A stretch of DNA of 24,000 bases from an uncultured Opitutia bacterium (lineage in GTDB: Bacteria > Verrucomicrobiota > Verrucomicrobiia > Opitutales > Coraliomargaritaceae), in contig CAKZOI010000035.1 of the NCBI GenBank assembly GCA_937136395.1, positions 88,225 through 112,224 of the forward strand, read 5' to 3'. Every line of letters starts with the position of its first letter. The stretch's first letter is position 1. This document shows, piece by piece, positions 17,774 to 24,000 of the stretch. The translations under genes and the position numbers were made by a program. The notes under the pieces were generated by a model, which searched no databases, had not been told where the DNA came from, and saw only the letters and a program-made list of their open reading frames with translations.

Positions 17774-20293
17774 ATGTCTCATCGTTTATCCAGTCGTGTC
17801 TATAATCCTGCCGCTTTAGAGGTGTGGTTTAGCAATGTCGGGCTGGATTGGGAGCAGGCGTTTTCAAGGGAAGTCATACGTCGTGGACGCGAAATCTACC
17901 TAAAAGGACAGATCTCAGGAATCGAACTGGCGAAAGAGGATGCGATTGTGCACTGCAAGTTTGCCCGCAAAGATACCTGCTACGCAGTGATTGATTGGAC
18001 CTCTGATGGGCCAGAAGTGCGTTTTTCGGGAGAAGATCGTGACTTGGGGAAAGCCGTGGCTGTCGGCGGGCTTTATGAGATTGAGGAGCTGATTGCCGAC
18101 GAGATCACGCCAATTGCATATGAGCCAAGTGGCTCAGCAGAAGCGCTTCCCGATGCACCTCAGGATAGTGAAGCCGAGGTCGAAGTCGTTGAAGAGCGGC
18201 CCGAGCGTAAACTGACACCACGACTGGAGGGATCCCAATCAGGGCTGCGTTTGACTGCCTATTGGACCAACGCTGATTTTTCAAAGGAAGCTGCATTTCG
18301 CAGCGATGAGCAACCGCTGATGAGTCTTGAGCGTGAGGCATTGGTGCGCTTGGCAGGGCGCGCGAAAGAAGCCGGTTTCCAATTCAGACGCGATTCGAAC
18401 GATTATATACTGAGGGACTTTGAACGTATCGCGCCATTTTTTTCACATACACGGAAGCGCTGGGAAAGTATATTTGAATTTCTTGACCTTGATTATGAGG
18501 CGCAAGTCATGGCTGAAGGCGTGCGCCAAGTCAAAATTGTTGGACGAGTTGAGGCGGCTGAAGCGGAGACGATGCGAGTGGATTGGCGCTTCAAGTTGGG
18601 TAAGCGCTGGCTGGATCCAGAAGACGCTGAACGTATTGCAAAAGCAGGCCGCGGCACGCACATGGTGCCTGGTTTGGGGCTCGTGCGTATCCGTGACGAC
18701 CAATCGGCGGCTTTGGCAGAGTGGCGGGTGGCCGCGGCCAATCATTCCGAGGCGGCGCAAATCTGGCCACGTTATATGGTATTTTCACTTTTTGCGGAAA
18801 GGGGTGCGGAGCTAGATCTCGAAGAGGCATTGAAAGCATGGCGTGCGGCGACTGTTGAGCTCGTTGGCAAGCAAGCAGTCTTGCCCGACTTCTTGCGCCC
18901 TTACCAGGCTCAGGGCGTGCATTGGATGGCGAATTTGCGCAAGCAGGGCTGCCATGGTTTACTGGCGGATGAAATGGGTTTGGGTAAAACCTTGCAGGTG
19001 TTGACGCTGCTCGACGAGCACCCTTATGCAGATAAGAATAGTTTAATCGTCTGTCCGGCAAGTGTTGTTCCAGTCTGGGAGAGTGAAGCGAAAAAATGGT
19101 ATCCAAAATTGAATACGCAGATACTTGGAAGTGTTGTGAATTTTGAGAATAATGAAGTGTCGATGCCGACGCTGTGGATTGCTAGCTACACACAGTTACG
19201 CCGACATAAGCATCAACTTGAGCAAGTCGGCTTTGGCTATGCAGTTCTCGATGAAGCGCAACAGATCAAAAATCCCGACGCAAAAGTCACGCAAGCTTGT
19301 TGCGCGATTAAGGCTGAGTGTCGTCTAGCACTGACTGGAACGCCGATCGAGAATCGCTTGTTGGACTTGTGGACACTCTTTCGTTTTCTGATGCCTGGTT
19401 TGTTGGGCACACGTCGTCGCTTTGAGCATGCCATCGAGGCGGAGAATGCTGAGCTGCGAGCGAGCTTTGAGGACCGACTGCGTCAGCAGGTTGCTCCGTT
19501 TATCCTACGCCGGCAGAAAGATAAAGTCGGTAAAGATTTACCACCCAAGGTAGAGATGGACTTGATTTGTCCGATTACTGAGGTGCAAAAGCAGGTGTAT
19601 GAACAACTGTTATCTCGTGGCAAAGAAACGCTGGGCGACGACTTACAATCAGCGATGCAGACGCAGTCGATGAACTTCTTTACCTTGCTTACGCGATTGC
19701 GCCAAGCCTGCTGTGATCCTGGATTGATACCAGACGTTGACGCAGACCTGAGTCAAAGCGGGAAAGTACAGATGCTACTGACCCGCTTAGACGAAGGGCT
19801 TCAGGGGGATGGCGCGCGAAAGGTCGTTATATTTAGTCAGTTTTTACAATTGTTGAAGCGTTTGAAACCACTCATTCAAAAGGAGTTTCCGGAGGTCGCC
19901 TTGTTGGAGTTGAGCGGTGAGACTCGCAATCGAGCAAAGCCAGTAGAGACTTTCCAGAACACAAAGGGCCCTGCGGTGATTTTAGTCAGTTTACGCGCAG
20001 GCGGCACAGGCATTACACTGCACGCCGCGGATTATGTCTTTTTGCTCGATCCTTGGTGGAATCCCGCAGTGGAGAATCAGGCCGTCGATAGAGTGCACCG
20101 CATCGGTCAAGATCGCCGCGTTTTTGTCTATCGTATGATCACTCAAGGCACAATTGAAGAACGGATTCAGCATTTAAAAAAAGAGAAGCGTGAGCTCTTT
20201 GAAAATACACTTGGGCATTTAGGTAGTGCCAAAGATCTCGCAGAGCATTTTGGTGATCTCGAAGAATTGGCTAAGTTATTGCCACCAAAATAG
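17774..20293 (+). CDS. SNF2-family DNA-dependent ATPase/helicase with a bacterial SNF2-associated N-terminal region
   Basis: 839 aa. Helicase motifs are LRPYQAQGVHWM, LADEMGLGKTLQ (motif I), VLDEAQQIKN (DEAQ box), LTGTPIENRL and LDPWWNPAVENQAVDRVHRIGQ (motif VI). The roughly 370-aa N-terminal region precedes the ATPase core. Confidence 0.9.
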   Translation: MSHRLSSRVYNPAALEVWFSNVGLDWEQAFSREVIRRGREIYLKGQISGIELAKEDAIVHCKFARKDTCYAVIDWTSDGPEVRFSGEDRDLGKAVAVGGLYEIEELIADEITPIAYEPSGSAEALPDAPQDSEAEVEVVEERPERKLTPRLEGSQSGLRLTAYWTNADFSKEAAFRSDEQPLMSLEREALVRLAGRAKEAGFQFRRDSNDYILRDFERIAPFFSHTRKRWESIFEFLDLDYEAQVMAEGVRQVKIVGRVEAAEAETMRVDWRFKLGKRWLDPEDAERIAKAGRGTHMVPGLGLVRIRDDQSAALAEWRVAAANHSEAAQIWPRYMVFSLFAERGAELDLEEALKAWRAATVELVGKQAVLPDFLRPYQAQGVHWMANLRKQGCHGLLADEMGLGKTLQVLTLLDEHPYADKNSLIVCPASVVPVWESEAKKWYPKLNTQILGSVVNFENNEVSMPTLWIASYTQLRRHKHQLEQVGFGYAVLDEAQQIKNPDAKVTQACCAIKAECRLALTGTPIENRLLDLWTLFRFLMPGLLGTRRRFEHAIEAENAELRASFEDRLRQQVAPFILRRQKDKVGKDLPPKVEMDLICPITEVQKQVYEQLLSRGKETLGDDLQSAMQTQSMNFFTLLTRLRQACCDPGLIPDVDADLSQSGKVQMLLTRLDEGLQGDGARKVVIFSQFLQLLKRLKPLIQKEFPEVALLELSGETRNRAKPVETFQNTKGPAVILVSLRAGGTGITLHAADYVFLLDPWWNPAVENQAVDRVHRIGQDRRVFVYRMITQGTIEERIQHLKKEKRELFENTLGHLGSAKDLAEHFGDLEELAKLLPPK

Positions 20294-20514
20294 GGAGGCT
20301 CCCTCCGTCTATTGGGGCGACCGCGCATCAAGCCTCCACGATTCGTTCTATTCGTGTAGACTTCTCATGCGCAGGCCCGAGTAAACTCGGACGCCACGTA
20401 TACCATCTTGCATTCAACCACTAGCTGCTTGTCTTTACTTCAGATTTCGTAGCACTGATTTCTGTCAGTATTTTCGCCTTCTCATCTGTGGATCGCCACG
20501 GCACACTGCACCGC

Positions 20515-20883
20515 ATGAAACAGACGACTTCACTTAAACTAAAGGACTTGGCATTTTTTGCGCGACACGGTGCGTTAGCAGAAGAGGCCAAGCTGGGCCA
20601 GCGTTTCAAGTTGGATGTGCGCTTAAAGTTAGTAGATGATCTCAGCTACGAGGATGATCGAATCGAGGATGCCGTTAATTACGCAGACGTCTATGAAGTG
20701 GTGAAGGACGTGTTTACTGGGTTTCGTTTTAATCTGCTCGAACGTGCGGCGGAAGTCATTGCCACAGAGATTCTCGAACGCTTCGAAAAAGTCGTTGAAG
20801 TCTCGGTTAACGTGAAAAAGCCATCCGTGCCAGTGGATTGTATTTGTGAGTATTTCGCGGCGGAGGTCACACGATGCCGATAG
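20515..20883 (+). CDS. folB: Dihydroneopterin aldolase
   Basis: LKLKDLAFFARHGALAEEAKLGQRFKLDVRL...DAVNYADVYEVVKDV matches the FolB pattern. The ATG at 20515 is preferred over the GTG at 20488. The 3' end overlaps the folK start by 10 nt. Confidence 0.85.
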   Translation: MKQTTSLKLKDLAFFARHGALAEEAKLGQRFKLDVRLKLVDDLSYEDDRIEDAVNYADVYEVVKDVFTGFRFNLLERAAEVIATEILERFEKVVEVSVNVKKPSVPVDCICEYFAAEVTRCR

Positions 20884-21368
20884 CTTACTTAGCGCTTGGT
20901 AGTAATCTTGGAGATCGTTTTGCGCAGATGCGTGCGGCGCTGGTTGCACTTGAAAGCCAGTATTCGTTACGCGTCCTTGCCAGTAGTTCGGTGTATGAAA
21001 ACCGAGCAGTCGGTATGAATGATGCCGATGATTTCTTAAATGCGGTCGTCTCGGTGGAGACCGAGCTTGAGCCGGAGGCTTTGCTGGATGCCTGTCTGTC
21101 AGTGGAGAATCAATTGGGACGTGTGCGCACTGGAGTGTGGGCACCGCGCACGATCGATCTCGATGTCTTGGCGTATGCGAATCGATCGATTCAAACTGAG
21201 CGTTTACAGATTCCGCATCCACGAATTACCGAGCGTGATTTTGTGGCTCAGCCGCTCAGTGAGGTGGCGCCTGGTCTCGTGGTTTTCGGCAAACGGATCG
21301 AGGCGATTGTCGCCGCATTACCGTCGGTCGATTTGAAGCGAATGTCTGAATCACTTAGGAATGCATGA
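20874..21368 (+). CDS. folK: 2-amino-4-hydroxy-6-hydroxymethyldihydropterin pyrophosphokinase
   Basis: 164 aa with IAYLALGSNLGDR, WAPRTIDLDVL and IPHPRITERDFVAQPL. Confidence 0.9.
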   Translation: MPIAYLALGSNLGDRFAQMRAALVALESQYSLRVLASSSVYENRAVGMNDADDFLNAVVSVETELEPEALLDACLSVENQLGRVRTGVWAPRTIDLDVLAYANRSIQTERLQIPHPRITERDFVAQPLSEVAPGLVVFGKRIEAIVAALPSVDLKRMSESLRNA

Positions 21369-21607
21369 TTCGGGATACCGCACAATCTGAAGGGCACATA
21401 CTAAGTGACCTCATTTGGAGGGCGTTGCTTTGTCAACGCAACGGAAGCGCCTAAATCGATCGTAGCATCGGCGGTTGCGACGGAGCGCAACCCACCAGGA
21501 TCTCACTGCATTTCTTCTTTAGGTTGTGCTATTCGAGAAGCAGTGGCGCTAGCAAAATCATACATTTTGAAAAAGTATATTTTCAGGCGAAGGTCGAAGC
21601 GCTCGGA

Positions 21608-23236
21608 CTACTTATTCAAATTTTCGGCGGTTTCTTGTTCCAGGCGCTTGATGTATTCCGAGACGTTGCAGGTGAGCATACGTGTGCTGCCAGGGGAGAC
21701 TTCGAGAACCTTGGTGACGACTCCATCGAGGAAGGCGCGGTCGTGACTGACTAGAATGACAGTGCCTTCGTAAAGATTGATGGCTTCCTGCAGTACTTCC
21801 TTAGACTTGATGTCCAAGTGATTGGTTGGTTCGTCAAGAATCATACAATTACAAGGGTGCATGAGCATCTTAGCGAGAGCGACGCGATTCTTTTCACCTC
21901 CAGAGAGAACGGAGGTTTTCTTTAGGGCTTCGTCGCCAGAGAATAGAAGTGCGCCTAGAGCACCACGAGGGTTGGCGTCGTCGTTGCCGATGGCGGCTTT
22001 TTCGACCTCTTCGAGCACTGTGTTTTCGGGGTCGAGCTCTTCGGCTTGCGACTGTGCAAAGTAACCGAGCACGGTGTTGAGGCCTTTTTCGACTGTGCCG
22101 CTTTGGTAGGGTTCGGTGCCAGCCATGATGCGGGCGAGGGTAGACTTACCCGCGCCGTTGACACCGACCACCGCGATGCGGTCGCCTTTGTCGATGCGAA
22201 GGTTGAGTCCGTTAAAAATTACATTGTCGTCGTAAGCTTTGTGAAGATCGGTGATGGTGATCACCTTGGCGCTGGCTGGAGGAGACTTTGGAAAACGAAA
22301 GAACATCTTCTTCTCATCGCGTGGGATGGTGATAAGCTCCATTTTTTCCAAGGCCTTAATGCGACTCTGCACCATGCTGGCCTTCTTGACGTTAGAGCGG
22401 AAACGATTGATCCAGTCTTTGACCTCTTTAATCTCTTTTTGTTGGTTGGCGTATGCTTTGCGCAGCGTTTCTAGGCGCTTGTCACTTTCTTTGACGTAGT
22501 AACTGTAGTTGCCCTTAAAGCTGTTGAGGTTGCCGAGTTTGAGTTCAATCGTGCGATTGGTCACTTCGTCGAGGAAGGCTCGGTCGTGAGAAATGACGAT
22601 GAGAGCCCCTTGGTAGTGCTTTAGGTATTGCTCCACCCAGTTTTGCGAAACGATGTCCAAGTGGTTAGTCGGTTCGTCGAGGATGATTAGGCTCGGGTTT
22701 TGTAGAAGCAACTTAGCAAGTGCGATACGCATCTGCCAGCCGCCTGAGAACTCGCCAGTATCACGCTCGAAGTCTGTTTGCTTGAAGCCCATGCCGAGCA
22801 AAATACGCTCGATTCGGGATTTCATTTTACCTGGTTCATGGTCTTCAAGTTGTTGCTCCCATTCACCGATAGTGTCGATCAGTTCGTAGTATTCTTCGGC
22901 CTCGGTATCCATGTTGAGCAGTTGTTCGTCGGCCTGTTCGATCTTTTTCTGCAGACTGAGGACATCGCCAAAGGCACTTTCGGCTTCGGCGAAGAGGGTC
23001 TTGCCTGATACCGAGATCCCGTCTTGCGGGAGGTAGCCGACACTTGCGTAATCTGGCTTATCTATAGAGCCACCGTCGGGTTCAATTTCTCCCATAAGCA
23101 TGCGCAGAAGCGTCGTTTTACCCGAGCCGTTAGAGCCAACGAGAGCGATGCGGTCATGCGCATTGATGACACAGTTGATGCCGTTAAAGAGAACCTTCTT
23201 GCCGAAGTTGTGAGTGACTTGATTGATTGTGATCAT
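21608..23236 (-). CDS. ABC-F family ATPase (two tandem ABC domains, no transmembrane domain)
   Basis: There are two Walker A motifs (GSNGSGKTT, GVNGAGKST), two signature motifs (FSGGWQMR, LSGGEKNR) and two Walker B motifs (LIILDEPTNHLD, CMILDEPTNHLD), joined by a charged linker. I prefer the start at MITINQVTHNFG (ATG 23234-23236). The track ORF extends to 23410, which runs into the upstream gene's terminator. Confidence 0.9.
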   Translation of the reverse strand: MITINQVTHNFGKKVLFNGINCVINAHDRIALVGSNGSGKTTLLRMLMGEIEPDGGSIDKPDYASVGYLPQDGISVSGKTLFAEAESAFGDVLSLQKKIEQADEQLLNMDTEAEEYYELIDTIGEWEQQLEDHEPGKMKSRIERILLGMGFKQTDFERDTGEFSGGWQMRIALAKLLLQNPSLIILDEPTNHLDIVSQNWVEQYLKHYQGALIVISHDRAFLDEVTNRTIELKLGNLNSFKGNYSYYVKESDKRLETLRKAYANQQKEIKEVKDWINRFRSNVKKASMVQSRIKALEKMELITIPRDEKKMFFRFPKSPPASAKVITITDLHKAYDDNVIFNGLNLRIDKGDRIAVVGVNGAGKSTLARIMAGTEPYQSGTVEKGLNTVLGYFAQSQAEELDPENTVLEEVEKAAIGNDDANPRGALGALLFSGDEALKKTSVLSGGEKNRVALAKMLMHPCNCMILDEPTNHLDIKSKEVLQEAINLYEGTVILVSHDRAFLDGVVTKVLEVSPGSTRMLTCNVSEYIKRLEQETAENLNK

Positions 23237-23394
23237 TTGAGAAAGGAAGTGGGAAGTCGGAATGCAGGAGTCAGAGCACTCTAGAATCGGACTTTTGAAA
23301 GAGACTCGAAGTAGTCGAGTGTTGTAAAGCGCGGGAAATAAACAAGCTCTAGCTTCAGATGCAAAGGAAAAGGAGACCCTAGGCATATGAACGC

Positions 23395-23428
23395 AAAAAA
23401 GCCCGGGCATTGCTGCGCCGGGCTTTTG
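23395..23428 (-). terminator. Rho-independent terminator downstream of the EF-hand gene
   Basis: On the minus strand the sequence reads aaaaGCCCGGcgcagcaatgcCCGGGCtttttt. This is a GC-rich 6-bp stem followed by a T6 run, 20 nt after the EF-hand gene stop at 23448. Confidence 0.7.
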
Positions 23429-23447
23429 ATAAAATACAGGCTAGGAA

Positions 23448-23960
23448 TTAGATCTCGCGAGAGTCGTCATCTTTTTTCGGGCCTTTTTTGTCGCCCTTTT
23501 TACCTTTGCGTTTTTCTGCCGCTGCTTTGAGTTCCTCCTTGGTGATTTCGCCGTCGCCGTTGCTATCGATTTCGTCGAAACGCTCTAGTAAGCGCTCTCC
23601 GGCTTCATCTTTTGAGAGAGAACCGTTACCATCGGTATCCATTTCATCGAATCGTTCACCCTTATCGCCACCTTTGCGGCGCTCGCGCATCTTCTTTTCA
23701 GCTTTTGCGAATTCCTTTTTAGTGATTTCACCGTCGCCGTCTGCATCGATCTTATCGAAGTGCTTTTTGAGTGGGCCTTTGGCTTCTTCTTTGGAAACGC
23801 CGCCGCTGTTATCAGTATCGAGGCGTTGAATGAGTTGCCCTGGGTTCGGGCGTTCGCCTCCTCTGCCTTCCCGTTCGCCGTCGCCGCTAGGCTTAGCTTG
23901 AGAGATTGCAGGGATGATTGCAGTGGCGATGAGTGCAAGTAGGATATTTTTTGTTTTCAT
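23448..23960 (-). CDS. Secreted EF-hand calcium-binding protein (four EF-hand loops in two duplicated halves)
   Basis: A signal peptide MKTKNILLALIATAIIPAISQA is followed by four DxDxDG-type loops: DTDNSGGVSKEE, DADGDGEITKKE, DTDGNGSLSKDE and DSNGDGEITKEE. The tail is Lys-rich. The ATG at 23958-23960 is preferred over the one at 23987. Confidence 0.8.
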   Translation of the reverse strand: MKTKNILLALIATAIIPAISQAKPSGDGEREGRGGERPNPGQLIQRLDTDNSGGVSKEEAKGPLKKHFDKIDADGDGEITKKEFAKAEKKMRERRKGGDKGERFDEMDTDGNGSLSKDEAGERLLERFDEIDSNGDGEITKEELKAAAEKRKGKKGDKKGPKKDDDSREI

Positions 23961-24000
23961 TATTTGTATTGGATTTGAATTTTTCATTACGCGGCGTCGT

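Noticed and set aside
17774-20293. The SNF2 helicase as part of a phage-defence island (DISARM, BREX or Zorya-like).
   Set aside because: No methyltransferase, nuclease, PLD, DUF1998 or other partner genes are adjacent. The neighbours are epsI and the folate genes. A standalone SWIM/SNF2-associated architecture is a common housekeeping-type bacterial family.
20294-20514. A possible folate (THF) riboswitch or other leader in the 220-nt region upstream of folB.
   Set aside because: I cannot recognise the conserved THF riboswitch core by eye. Only a small hairpin (cccgag-taaa-ctcgg around 20366-20382) is visible. An Infernal/Rfam scan would be needed, so there is no support for a call.
20629-21222. 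A 197-aa minus-strand ORF antisense to folB/folK. Other long antisense ORFs of the same kind are 10272-10865 (+) opposite accC, 18591-19106 (-) opposite SNF2, 2382-2909 (+) opposite mscS, 1503-1940 (+) opposite tlyA, and 309-872 (+) opposite the antiporter.
   Set aside because: Each lies fully inside a confidently identified gene on the other strand. Each has an Arg/Pro/Ser/His-rich shadow-frame composition with no recognisable motifs. This is typical of spurious ORFs in mid-to-high GC coding DNA.
21417-21495. A possible tRNA or tRNA-like element suggested by ggagggc... followed by two hairpins.
   Set aside because: It has no T-loop consensus (GTTCRANYC), no D-arm pattern, and no acceptor-stem pairing between the ends. 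The hairpin spacing does not fit a cloverleaf.
23237-23410. The 5' extension of the ABC-F ORF (track start 23410, encoding MPGLFCVHMPRVSFSFASEA...).
   Set aside because: The extension is not protein-like and does not resemble an ABC-F N-terminus. It also runs into the rho-independent terminator of the upstream EF-hand gene (23395-23428). The canonical ABC-F start MITINQVTHNFG lies at 23236.
1-24000. Mobile elements, CRISPR arrays, and rRNA/tRNA genes.
   Set aside because: I saw no transposase, integrase or recombinase-like ORFs, no regularly spaced direct repeats, and no RNA-gene-like conserved segments on either strand. Gene density and orientation look like core chromosome, apart from the 11.7-17.6 kb operon.

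Overview
This is a dense bacterial chromosomal window of roughly 50% GC by eye. I call 23 protein-coding genes and found no rRNA, tRNA, CRISPR array, IS element or integrase. Most of the window is housekeeping. It holds a partial Kef-type antiporter, tlyA, an MscS channel, a cytochrome c-fused PQQ/GSDH-type dehydrogenase, rsmJ, an M29 aminopeptidase, hemW and a lipoprotein. It also holds accB-accC followed by an Asp23/AmaP-like pair, an SNF2 helicase, folB-folK, an ABC-F ATPase and a secreted EF-hand protein. The accessory-looking part is 11.7-17.6 kb. There, a tightly packed seven-gene plus-strand operon reads ACP, SDR, adenylate-forming ligase, KASIII, ACP, SDR, NeuD/PglD-type left-handed beta-helix transferase. 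It is transcribed divergently from accBC. Its last gene overlaps, stop codon on stop codon, a convergent orphan EpsI-like (exosortase-associated) gene. I read this operon as a dedicated carrier-protein-dependent route that builds a short 3-oxo or 3-hydroxy acyl group and transfers it to an amine acceptor, probably an amino sugar of a surface glycan. I cannot assign it to any named pathway. Smaller observations are a 21-nt inverted repeat built from two CTTCAT-NN-ATGAAG palindromes between tlyA and the antiporter, a perfect 10-bp inverted repeat upstream of epsI, an apparently zinc-ligand-less SWIM-like N-terminus on the SNF2 protein, and Firmicute-like accBC-asp23 synteny. The gene content (EpsI, EF-hand, Asp23) loosely suggests a PVC/Verrucomicrobiota-like organism, but that is a guess. 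All calls rest on reading the supplied translations and the DNA by eye. No database search was run.
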